From the NCBI RefSeq assembly GCF_963921235.1, contig NC_086097.1, positions 241,368,001-241,432,000 on the forward strand: 64,000 nt of DNA, in the 5' to 3' direction. Below, in pieces: positions 39,201-50,773 of this stretch. Origin of the DNA: Mobula hypostoma. Lineage: Eukaryota. How positions within the stretch are numbered: position 1 is the stretch's first letter; each line of letters opens with the position of its first letter. The notes under the pieces are model-generated. The model worked only from the letters and a program-made list of their open reading frames with translations, was not told where the DNA came from and ran no database searches. A program made the translations under genes and the position numbers.

Positions 39201-41870
39201 GCACTGAACTGACTCTGTGACTGTGGTGTGTTACCATTGTCACCAGCCTGGGCACTGAACTGACTCTGTGACTGTGGTCTGTAACCATTGTCACCAGCCT
39301 GGGCACTGAACTGACTCTGTGACTGTGGTGTGTTACCATTGTCACCAGCCTGGGCACTGAACTGGCTCTGTGACTGTGGTGTGTTACCATTGTCACCAGC
39401 CTGGGCACTGAACTGACTCTGTGACTGTGGTGTGTTACCATTGTCACCAGCCTGGGCACTGAACTGACTCTGTGACTGTGGTGTGTTACCATTGTCACCA
39501 GCCTGGGCACTGAACTGGCTCTGTGACTGTGGTGTGTTACCATTGTCACCAGCCTGGGCACTGAACTGACTCTGTGACTGTGGTGTGTTACCATTGTCAC
39601 CAGCCTGGGCACTGAACTGACTCTGTGACTGTGGTGTGTTACCATTGTCACCAGCCTGGGCACTGAACTGGCTCTGTGACTGTGGTCTGTAACCATTGTC
39701 ACCAGCCTGGGCACTGAACTGACTCTGTGACTGTGATGTGTTACCATTGTCACCAGCCTGGGCACTGAACTGACTCTGTGACTGTGGTGTGTTACCATTG
39801 TCACCAGCCTGGGCACTGAACTGACTCTGTGACTGTGGTGTGTTGCCATTGTCACCAGCCTGGGCACTGAACTGGCTCTGTGACTGTGGTGTGTTGCCAT
39901 TGTCACCAGCCTGGGCACTGAACTGACTCTGTGACTGTGGTCTGTAACCATTGTCACCAGCCTGGGCACTGAACTGACTCTGTGACTGTGGTCTGTAACC
40001 ATTGTCACCAGCCTGGGCACTGAACTGACTCTGTGACTGTGGTGTGTTACCATTGTCACCAGCCTGGGCACTGAACTGGCTCTGTGACTGTGGTGTGTTA
40101 CCATTGTCACCAGCCTGGGCACTGAACTGACTCTGTGACTGTGGTGTGTTACCATTGTCACCAGCCTGGGCACTGAACTGACTCTGTGACTGTGGTGTGT
40201 TACCATTGTCACCAGCCTGGGCACTGAACTGACTCTGTGACTGTGGTGTGTTACCATTGTCACCAGCCTGGGCACTGAACTGACTCTGTGATTGTGGTGT
40301 GTTACCATTGTCACCAGCCTGGGCACTGAACTGGCTCTGTGACTGTGGTGTGTTACCATTGTCACCAGCCTGGGCACTGAACTGACTCTGTGATTGTGGT
40401 GTGTTACCATTGTCACCAGCCTGGGCACTGAACTGGCTCTGTGACTGTGGTGTGTTACCATTGTCACCAGCCTGGGCACTGAACTGACTCTGTGACTGTG
40501 GTGTGTTACCATTGTCACCAGCCTGGGCACTGAACTGGCTCTGTGACTGTGGTGTGTTACCATTGTCACCAGCCTGGGCACTGAACTGACTCTGTGACTG
40601 TGGTGTGTTACCATTGTCACCAGCCTGGGCACTGAACTGGCTCTGTGACTGTGGTGTGTTACCATTGTCACCAGCCTGGGCACTGAACTGGCTCTGTGAC
40701 TGTGGTCTGTAACCATTGTCACCAGCCTGGGCACTGAACTGACTCTGTGACTGTGATGTGTTACCATTGTCACCAGCCTGGGCACTGAACTGGCTCTGTG
40801 ACTGTGGTCTGTAACCATTGTCACCAGCCTGGGCACTGAACTGACTCTGTGACTGTGATGTGTTACCATTGTCACCAGCCTGGGCACTGAACTGACTCTG
40901 TGACTGTGGTGTGTTGCCATTGTCACCAGCCTGGGCACTGAACTGACTCTGTGACTGTGGTGTGTTGCCATTGTCACCAGCCTGGGCACTGAACTGGCTC
41001 TGTGACTGTGGTCTGTAACCATTGTCACCAGCCTGGGCACTGAACTGACTCTGTGGCTATGGTGTGTTACCATTGTCACCAGCCTGGGCACTGAACTGAC
41101 TCTGTGACTGTGGTGTGTTACCATTGTCACCAGCCTGGGCACTGAACTGGCTCTGTGACTGTGGTCTGTAACCATTGTCACCAGCCTGGGCACTGAACTG
41201 ACTCTGTGGCTATGGTGTGTTACCATTGTCACCAGCCTGGGCACTGAACTGACTCTGTGACTGTGGTGTGTTACCATTGTCACCAGCCTGGGCACTGAAC
41301 TGACTCTGTGGCTATGGTGTGTTACCATTGTCACCAGCTTGGGCACTGAACTGACTCTGTGACTGTGGTGTGTTACCATTGTCACCAGCCTGGGCACTGA
41401 ACTGGCTCTGTGACTGTGGTGTGTTACCATTGTCACCAGCTTGGGCACTGAACTGACTCTGTGACTGTGGTGTGTTACCATTGTCACCAGCCTGGGCACT
41501 GAACTGACTCTGTGACTGTGGTGTGTTACCATTGTCACCAGCCTGGGCACTGAACTGACTCTGTGACTGTGGTCTGTAACCATTGTCACCAGCCTGGGCA
41601 CTGAACTGACTCTGTGACTGTGGTGTGTTACCATTGTCACCAGCCTGGGCACTGAACTGACTCTGTGACTGTGGTCTGTAACCATTGTCACCAGCCTGGG
41701 CACTGAACTGACTCTGTGACTGTGGTGTGTTACCATTGTCACCAGCCTGGGCACTGAACTGGCTCTGTGACTGTGGTGTGTTACCATTGTCACCAGCCTG
41801 GGCACTGAACTGGCTCTGTGGCTGTGATGTGTTACCATTGTCACCAGCTGTAGCACTGAACTGGCTCAGG
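33233..41870. repeat. 51-bp minisatellite, ~169 units, ~8.6 kb
   Basis: Unit GGGCACTGAACTG(G/A)CTCTGTGACTGTGGT(G/C)TGT(T/A)ACCATTGTCACCAGCCT, read directly. Confidence 0.99.
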
Positions 41871-42110
41871 GGCTGTGAACTCATTTTTGGGAACTCTGTG
41901 GGTAATGTTTTCTGTGTTATTAGTTTACTCTTTTATTGTTTGCAAGATTCATTCCCTTTTTGCACATTAGGTGTTCGGCGGTCTTTGTTGTGTGGGGGTT
42001 GTTAACAGGTTTGCATTTCTTTGTTTTGTGGCCACCTACAAGGAGACAGTTCTCAAGGTTGTATACAGTATACATATTCCGATAATAAATGAACTTTGAA
42101 ATTTGAACTC
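41870..42110 (+). mobile_element. LINE/SINE 3' tail flanking the minisatellite
   Basis: ..TCTCAAGGTTGTATA..GATAATAAATGAACTTTGAA, the same tail type as at ~4400-4475, ~8215-8272 and ~20390-20470. Confidence 0.7.
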
Positions 42111-42615
42111 TATCATGTCACCTCCTCATTCTCCTTTACTCCAAAGAGGAAATCCCTAGTCAGTGCAACCTGTCCTCATGAGGCATGCCCTCTAATCCAG
42201 TAAACCTTGGCACATCTCCTTTGCACCCTCTCTAGAGGTTCCACATCCTTCTTATATTAAGTTGACCGGAATAGAACACAATTTTCCAAGTGTGGTCTAA
42301 CCAGTTTTATAGGTCATTACCTCTCAGCTCATGAACTCAATCCTCTGGCTAATGAAAGCCAACACACCATATGTCTTCTCAATCATCCTATCAACTTTGA
42401 GGGATCTATGGATGTGATCCCCAAGATCCCTCTGCTCTTCCACACTGCTAACAATCCTGCTGTTAACCCACTATTCTGCCTTCAAGTATAACCATCCAAA
42501 GTGAGTCACTTCACACTCTTGCAGACTGAACTCCATCTGCCACCTCTCAGGCCTGTTCTGCAACCAGTCAGTGTCCCTCTGCAACCTCCAATGACCTTCT
42601 ACACTATCCACAACC
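42110..42615 (-). mobile_element. Decayed CR1 fragment
   Basis: Resembles the antisense CR1 copies at 25 kb and 61 kb (AACTCCATCTGCCAC, CCAAGATCCCTCTG). Confidence 0.75.
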
Positions 42616-43377
42616 TAATCAGTCTGTGTTGTGTTCTGCCGAGCACTGTGGGCTTGCTGTGTTGGCGACGGAATGTGTAGGGACGCAAATTCACCGTAGT
42701 TTTCGATGTACAATTGATAAATAAAGTTGAAGCTTGAATCTTGAATCTGCAACTTTATGTTGGAAACCCCCTTTGTTACTGTCTAATAACTGAAGGAGAA
42801 ATATACACTGCTTTTGTTTAAGAAATCAATATTTATGGGGAAGCATGAGGAATGGTATTAATATTAATGACTATAATCGCTTACAAATTTCAGATTATTC
42901 TGAGATACTACAGTTAGATCTACCCAAGGGCTCGAAGCCCAGGTTTATACTCCGGTTGGTCCAAGTCACATTCCTTAGTGATTGCAGTGTGTAATTATTT
43001 TATTTCCACTCTAAGACTATAAATATTTTTGACAGTGATTAATGGAGAAAATTGGGTTAGAAATTAGAACATATAGAACATAGAATATTACAGCACATTT
43101 CAGGCCCAGGAAACAATCAGTGTGGACAATACCCACCCTACAAACTGCCTTTTCCAAGAGCTCCCTTTTGGAAAGCTACATGGCTATTGAAACAAAATTG
43201 TTGCACCATCTTAAAGTTTTTCTCCCCTTCAGGCAATTAATCTGATCAACCATTCTAGTTAGCGCCCTGAACCCCCTTCCATCTATTACCTCAGTCACTA
43301 CAGTGGATTGTAAGAACTTTAAACCAGTTATTGCAGTGCAATGCTGTTTAATTGTAAATACATACCTGTGTTTGGTT

Positions 43378-43935
43378 CTTTAAGGTTGTTATAGCTGAGG
43401 GTGGTAATGGGGACAAGCTCCCACTACTTATTAAATGCTTCTAATGGCGTGCACCTCAAATAGCCTCTGACAACCAAGTCCAACTCCTGGCCTTCATGTG
43501 CGGCTTAGCTACTAAGGCTGACGGAACCGTTCCTACTAACAGGAGAAGGGACCAAGTTGGGTTACTGGTGCCCTAAAACCAGTCACTTCGGGCAGGTGGG
43601 GCTCAATCAGCCTTGGTCGGCAGCTCATCTAGGAGAAGGAAAACTCTGATCTCAAACCCTTACTGCCTTGTGACTATATCCACTCATAAGGAAGGCCTGA
43701 GGGAAAATCCGGAGCTAGAGTACCGAAGGATGTCCTGCATTGCTGCTATTGCCAAATTTTATCAGTCTCTGCCGTTCCTTTGGATTCATCAGCTGCATGG
43801 AGGGGGGAGCCTGGTACATGGGTAACAGCTTGCTCTCCATATCGTACTGCTGTAGGTTGCACGCTGGCCTACGTATCACGTAGACAGCTAGGACGCAGCA
43901 TCCAAGGTCAATCCTGACCGACGGATTGGCCTCAA
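43378..43935 (+). mobile_element. Second copy of the 10427-10980 repeat
   Basis: Direct sequence similarity along its length. Confidence 0.75.
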
Positions 43936-44671
43936 CTGGTGTGGATGTATTCCTGAGCATTTTATTCCACATCTGTACTTCTAACTTTATTATCTATAAT
44001 TGTTGAATGCTCACAACACAGCAACTTCCTAGTACCTGTCAATGTAAATGACGAATTAAGTTGATCCTTGATGCTGTGTGAACCTTTGAATCTACTCTAA
44101 GATCAGTCTAAACCTTTCCCTCCTAAATAGCCCTCCATTTTTCTATCACCCATGTGCCTATCTAAGAGTTTCTTAAATGTCCCTAATTTTTCTGCCTTTA
44201 CCTCCACCTCAGGCAGCACAACACTCTCACACACCCATCAACCTGTGTAAAAAAACTGTAGCATCCCTTCTGTACTTTCCTCCAATCACTCTAAAATTAT
44301 ACCGCGTCATATTAGCAAGAATACTTCTGTATCCTTCAGAAAGATGACTGCTAGTTTACCTGAGATTTCACTTTGTGTTTGGGTGCTGTGTTGGTCATTA
44401 TGTGTGAGGTGATGTGGGCCTGATGCTCCCAGTGGTAAACATATGGATGTTGAGGGACAAACTCCAGCAGACTGAGTCGCTTTGAGCGTTCCTTTAATCT
44501 GTCCCTTCGTGGTTTAGACTTAATTTGTTTTTTAGGTTCATAGGCCTCAGAGGACAGATAGGGGAGTTAGGGGGCAGGTCAGGAGTGTGGGGGAGTTAGA
44601 AGTCAGGCCTCTGCTTCACATTCAAAGGCCAACGATGTGGATGGTGTGACGAAGGACATCCTTGGACAGAT

Positions 44672-44901
44672 TGAAGCACCTTCAATAACTCCAAAAGACT
44701 GAGGTTTGGTAAAATACTGAAAGGCTTTTATTCGCTGTACAATACGACCTCCACGGTGAGTGTCTGCCCCCGGACTGAGGGGGAGGGGCAAGACAGAACA
44801 CCTTTATACAGGACTCTGTGGGAGGAGCCACAGGGGCAGTCAGCAGAGGGGCGTGTCCAGACAGGTAACCGAGTTACAACATATATACATGGTTTACCAC
44901 A
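44672..44901 (-). mobile_element. Solo LTR (Gypsy-like), 230 bp
   Basis: Minus strand TGTGGTAAA...GCTTCA with TATAAA and AATAAA; flanks CAGAT/CAGGT form a 5-bp TSD with one mismatch. Confidence 0.8.
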
Positions 44902-46019
44902 CAGGTGTCAGTCCGGCAAGTGCTGTGGACAAACACCAACAAGGACGAGGGCTGATGCCCCCCCACCAGAACAGCAAGGACTGTGTGGGTAGGAGGCGGA
45001 GTGACGGTGATCCTGTAGGTACGTGAGTCAGTGAGTCCAGAGTTTGAGGCCTGGAGTACGGGGTCTCCGTATCAGGGAGACCTGGGATTGATACAGAAGG
45101 TCAATGTCGGATGTCCCAAAGTTAAGGCTTGGTGGCCGAAGCTGTGGGACTGTGAGCCTGAGAGTCCACCGGGGAAGTAGGAGGCCTGATATCTGCGTCC
45201 ACAAGTCCATGGAAGGCTGGAGTCCTGACCGCGACCTGTCCTGGGACTGGAGGACTGTCCGTGCACGTGAGTGGGTGGGAGGGAGGAAAGGGCGTGTTTT
45301 GCTGTTGTTGTTTTGTTGGTTTTGTTGCTGCTGCTTGTGTTGTGCGTCATGCTGTGCCGAGGTGAACACGGTGGGCATGCTACGTTGGTGCCACGATGTG
45401 TGGCAACACTTGCAGGCTGCACCCAGCACATCCCTCGGTTGTGTTGGCTATTAACGCAAACAATGCATCTCACTGTACATTTCAATGCGCGTGTGATAAA
45501 TAAATGAATCATGTGTCATGTGTCTGACCTTTAACACCTTTTTATTGGCTCTGCTCCAGGCCAGCATCCATTTATTGCCCTCTTCCCAGCAAGTGACAGT
45601 CGGTAATTTACGGCTCTTTGTTCTCTTCAGTAACCAGCTGGAACCACTCCACGCAGGCACCAACCCCAACATTCACAAGCCTGCATGTTACGTCCAACCA
45701 AAGAACATCTCACAAATAACTTCTTATTTGGACATGAACTCTGATCTAGCGATTACTTGGAGCATTGTTGTGTCTTCTGTAAAACACTGATCAAGCCAAG
45801 CAATTAAAGCTCACAAAATGAGAACAAAGTGTCTTCGCAAAATGGCAGCCTCCATCCCCCAGCACACGGCAAGAACAAAGGCAATCAGTCTTTCTGCTTC
45901 CACTGTCCTCGATTCAGTTGAATTCACTGATTTGAACCCGTTGTTCTTTCTGGCCAACAGTCCAAATCCACTGTTGTTTCTGCCTCATCAACTTTTCGAT
46001 TAAAAATTCTAATATTAGT

Positions 46020-46582
46020 CCCAGTGGCCACCCATGTTAATTCCAATTTCCATTCCCATTCCGACATGTCAGTCCATGGCCTTCTCTGGTTAATGAGGCC
46101 ACACTCAGGTTGGAGCAGCAACACCTTATACTCCGTCTGGATAGCCTCCAGCCTGATGGAATGGACGTCGATTTACTGAACTTCTGATAATGCCGTCCCC
46201 TCTCCTTCACCATTCCCCAGTCCCAATTTTCCTCTCTCACCTTATCTCCTTACTTGTCCATCCCTGCCTTTGATGCTCCTTCCCCTTTTCTTTCTTCCAT
46301 GGCCTTCACCCCTCTCCTATCAGATTCCCCCTTCTCCAGCCCTTTATCTCTTTCACCAATCAACCTTTCAGTTCTTTACTTTAACCTTCCTCCCTCCCAA
46401 TTTCACCTGTCACCTACTACCTTGTATTTCTTCCTCCTGTCCCATCACCTTCTTACCTTGACTCCTCACCTTTTTTTGTCCAGTCCAATGAAGGATCTTG
46501 ACCCGAAATGTTGACTGGTCTCTTTTCCGTAGATGCTGCCTGACCTGCTGAGTTCCTGTAGTATGTTGTGTGTGTGTTGCTT
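46020..46582 (+). mobile_element. Penelope-like fragment (GIY-YIG C-terminus plus pLTR)
   Basis: VATHVNSNFHSHSDMSVHG..LRLEQQHLILRLDSLQPDGM; degenerate hammerhead at 46481-46517. Confidence 0.85.
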
Positions 46583-46984
46583 GAATATTAGTTTAGTATA
46601 AGTTTTTTTTTAACACTTTGTTCACCTTTCTTGAAGCTCTGTCATTTCAATTTCAACAGTTTGAGTGCAAGCTGCTTGGAATTGAGGATTTTCACGGAGA
46701 TATATACGGTATTGAATGGTTTAGAAAGGGAAATCCACAATACTGCTTCATATTAAGCAGTGTTACAAGGGAGAGCATTAGGTTCAGCCTGGAGGTGCAG
46801 GAGTCTTGGGCCCATGTCACCAGGTTCAGGAACAGTGTTTGCTCCTGGATGGCTTCACTTGCTTCAGTACTGAACTGACTTCGCAGCCTGTGCACACACT
46901 TTCTGGGACGCTGGAGCTTATGTTCTCAGTCTTGTCTATAATTTGCACAATTTGCCCTCTTTTGCTCATTGGAATACAGTATAT

Positions 46985-47759
46985 GGTTCACACACTTTGG
47001 TAGAAGGATTAAAAGCATAGACTATTTTCTAATGGGGAGAAAATTCAAAACTCTGAGGTGCAAAGGGACTTGAGAGCTCTTGAGCAGGATTCCTAAAGGT
47101 TAACTTGCTGGTTGAGTTAATGGTGAGGAAGGCAAATACAATGTGAGCATTCATTTCGAAAGAGCTAGAATCTGAGAACAAGGGTGCAATGTTGAACCTT
47201 TATAAGGCAATTGGTGAGCAGTTTTGGGCCACTTATCTAAGAAAGGATGTGATAACATTGGAGAGCTTTCAAAGGATGCTCCCGAAAATGATTCCAGCTT
47301 GACAGGCTTATTGTATGAGGAGTGTTTGATGGCTCTGGGACTGAATTTGCTGGAATTTAGAAGAATGAGGTGGAATCTCATTGAAACCTATTGAATGTTG
47401 AAAAGCCACGATACAGTGGATGTGAAGAGGATGTTTCCTATAGTGGGGGAGTCTTGGATCAGAGGGAACAGCCTCAGAATAGAGGGATGTCCATTTAGAA
47501 CGGAGAAAGGGAGGAATTTCTTTAGTTAGAAAGTAGTGAGTTTATGCATTCTGTTGCTACAGGCACTGTGGAGGCCAGGTCATTGAGTGTATTTGAAGCC
47601 GAGGTTGATAGATTTTTGATAGGTCAGGGCACGAAAGGTTATATGGAGAAGGTCGGAAAATGGGGTTGAGAAGGAAATGGATCAGCCGGGATCAAATGGT
47701 GGAGCAGACTCGACGGGCCAAATGGCCTAATTCTGTTCCAATGTCTTACGGTCTTATGG
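46985..47759 (+). mobile_element. Decayed CR1 3' fragment
   Basis: Similar to 14238-15090; TCTTATGG tail. Confidence 0.85.
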
Positions 47760-49207
47760 ATGTTTGTTGCTCTTTGTTATGTTTGGTTTTTCATGGATTG
47801 TGCTGTATTTCTTTACTTTCCTGTGGGTGCCTGCAAGAAAATGAATCCCAAGGCTGTAAATGGCATGCATACTTTTTGGTGAAAGGCAAATGCAAGATAA
47901 GGATAAGAGATTTCTCACTGCATGGAGTGACCAAAACACAAAATGAAAATCCAGGTCTGGGCAGCAGAGGTAAAATCTTGGAGTCATTTAAGAAACAGTT
48001 GAAAAAGATGATGTAGTAGAAAGTTTGTAGGGTTTTTTGATGGATGAGCTAAGATGGCCTTGTAGGTCTGCCTCTATCTTGTGATCTTGCAGTTTAGTGA
48101 ACATCTGTTTTTGTTCAGTTGCAGTTCTTAAAAAGTTTAAACCAGCTTGCAATGATTAAACTGTCTCCTAGTTTTTTTTTTGCAACAAAATAGGAAATTA
48201 TCGCCATTATCACATATATTATTTAGATTTTTTTAGAACTATTGGCCTCCCTTTTAAGTCAATCATGCCTTGTACAACTCCCAGATGGGTAGAATCGATT
48301 GGCCATGTGCTCCCAGGCAATGCAGCTTAACGCTGTCAGTTGCACACACAGTTGTCAGATTCAACAATCTGATTCAACACTCCAATCTCCCTTATCCACC
48401 TTGAACAGCTGAATCAGAATCAGAACCAAAATCAGGTTTAATAGCACCTTAGTATGTCGTGAATTTTGTTGTTTTGCTGCAGAAGTACGGAATAAAACAT
48501 AAAAATTCATACATTACAATGAGAAATGTATATAAAAATGAAATTAAATAAGCAGTGCGAAAAGATAGAGAAAATTAGTGGGGTACTGTTCATGCTTTCG
48601 TTTACTGGCTGTTCAAAAATCTGATGAAGGAAGGAAAGAAACTGGTCCTAAAACATTCCCTCTGCCATCAGATTTCCAATTGGACAGTGAACCCGCGAAC
48701 ACTATCTCACCACTTTTTTTGCACTACTTACTTAATCTCACTATTATACTTTCTGTAACTCATAAATTCATAGTTTTTATTATTGTATTGCAAGGCACTG
48801 CTGCCACATAACGACAAATTTCATGACATATGCTGGTGAAATTAAACCCGATTCTGAGTGTGTGTCTCCAGGCTCCTCTACCTCCCCCCTGATGGTAGTA
48901 ATGAGAAGAGAGTACATTATGCTTTATTCTATGTCATAGCTCTCTCAAAATGAGCTGCCTGCAACATAGAAGGCAAGATGGCGTCCTGAACAGACCAGGC
49001 AGCATCTGTGGAAATGAAAAGTCGACGCCTCGAGCCAACTCCTTTCATTCGGTCTCATAACACTGATACAACTATTTGTTGTAATCTTTTAATTCAGGAA
49101 AAAATGATTGGTCATCTGTGAAAAGTGCTGATTCAGCCAGATCCATCATAGGCACGAGACCGCCAGCATTGAGGACACCTTGAAAGGAGATGCCTCAAAA
49201 AGGCATC

Positions 49208-49240
49208 CTGACGAAGGGTCTCGGCCTGAAACGTCGACTG
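49208..49240 (+). ncRNA. Minimal hammerhead core in a ~95-bp Penelope-derived insertion
   Basis: CTGACGA AGGGTCTCGGCCT GAAACGTC GACTG; ATCCT is repeated at 49205-49209 and 49302-49306, inside a Rex1-like host. Confidence 0.75.
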
Positions 49241-50039
49241 CGCCTCTTCCTATAGATGCTGCTTGGCCTGCTGCGTTCACCAGCAACTTTGATGTGTGTT
49301 GATCCTTCATTAAGGATCCCCATCACCCTGGACATGTTCCCTTCTCATTACAACCATCAGGGAGAAGGTACAGGAGCCTGAAGACACACACTCAGCATTT
49401 TAGGAACAACTTCTTCCCCTCTGCCATCAGATTTCTGAACCAGACAATAAGCCAACCTGTGAATACTTTTTTCTGGGCTCTATTTATACTACTTAAAATG
49501 TATTTCAATTACATTTATATACTCCAAAATTAGAGCTATGATTGATATCTATTTATTATATATAAACTCAACCATTAGGGTATTAGACAAATTATATTCT
49601 ATCACTTGGGACAAAAGGTATTTTACTTGAGATTTAGATCTGTGATACCAGGAAACCTGAAAATCTGTGGGTTTGGCTGTATTTGTAATCATGGAGAAGT
49701 TTTTTCACTGCAAATATGTAGCACAATTATAATCTGTTAATTATAAATGAATTTCTAACTTTAAGCACAAGGGAAATCATTTCAATTATCGTCACAGGCA
49801 AACTGCGTGTTACACAATGGAACCCCGCGCGGAATTCACAAATCACCAGCAGAATTGTAATGTAGGGCTTGCCTGTAACTACACATACACTTCATCCCTT
49901 CCGGCAACTTAGTTGCTCCAGTTCCTAATTCCCTTCTGTCAACTAAAGGGTTGAAATGTGCTTTTGGTCAATAGTGTGACGAGGAAATCCAAGTCCCAGC
50001 AAAGGGTGGAAGAAAAGAAGGGTGTACCAGTTTCTGTTA

Positions 50040-50195
50040 GCGCAGCACGGTAGCGGAGTGGTTAGCGTAACGCTATTGCAGCGCCAGGGGCTCGAGTTCA
50101 ATTCTGCTGCTGTCTATCTGGAGCTTACCCACATTGGTTTGCTCCACGTGCTCTGGTTTCACCCCACTTTCCAAAGATGTGCGGGGGTTAAAAAG
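50040..50195 (+). mobile_element. HE1/V-SINE-like 5' fragment
   Basis: GCAGCACGGTAGCGGAGTGGTTAGCG..GAGTTCAATTC carries A and B boxes. Confidence 0.7.
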
Positions 50196-50554
50196 GTTCA
50201 GAGATTCAGACATTGACTCCTTTCCATAGATACTGCCTGGCCTGCTGAGTTCCTCCAGCATTTTATGTGTGTCGCAAAGGTTCAAAGTTTCATTTTGTTA
50301 TCGTAGTATCTGTGCAGTATACAGCTCTGAGATTTGCCTTCGCTAGATAGCCATGAAACAAAGAAAACCATGGAAGTTTTTGGATCAAAGACATCAACCC
50401 CACCCCCCAACCCTGCACAAAAAAAAAGGAATCAGAAACTCACAAAACGCCCAGCTGCACGGAATTGGGTGGCATGGGCTCGTTGTGTTAAACTGGAAAG
50501 ATTCTGTTACCATGTTTATCTCTAAAAATAAAATAAAAACTAAATAAGATGCTA

Positions 50555-50773
50555 CGTAAACATGAGGAATTCTGCAGATGCTGGAAATTCAAGCAACACA
50601 CATCAAAGTTGCTGGTGAACACAGCAGGCCAGGCAGCATCTCTAGGAAGAGGTACAGTCGACGTTTCGGGCTCCGTCCTGACGAAGGGGCTCGGCCCGAA
50701 ACGTCGACTGTACCTCTTCCTAGAGATGCTGCCTGGCCTGCTGTGTTCACCAGCAACTTTGATGTGTGTTGCT
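50555..50773. mobile_element. Palindromic Penelope pLTR insertion with 14-bp TSD
   Basis: Perfect 81-bp inverted arms at 50591-50671 and 50694-50774; TAAATAAGATGCTA at 50541-50554 and 50774-50787. Confidence 0.9.
50673..50710 (+). ncRNA. Minimal type-I hammerhead ribozyme motif, core intact
   Basis: ccGTC CTGACGA A GGGGCTCGGCCC GAA ACGT C^GACtg; predicted cleavage after 50705. Confidence 0.8.

Noticed and set aside
37915..41856. 1313-aa ORF as a real CDS
   Set aside because: It is a by-product of a stop-free 51-bp unit; it starts at a non-ATG codon, has no unique domain, and neighbouring units frameshift.
33233..41870. CRISPR-like array
   Set aside because: Units are contiguous near-identical tandem repeats with no unique spacers, there are no cas genes, and the context is eukaryotic.
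33233..41870. RAG recombination signals (CACAGTC/CACAGAG) or a Chi-like GCTGGTGA in each unit
   Set aside because: The heptamers are imperfect with no nonamer at 12 or 23 nt, and the Chi match is 7/8, plausible by chance.
42894..42942. Plus-strand 49-nt exon (YSEILQLDLPKGSKP)
   Set aside because: Weak acceptor and donor (gtttat), unrecognised peptide, and opposite strand to the better candidates.
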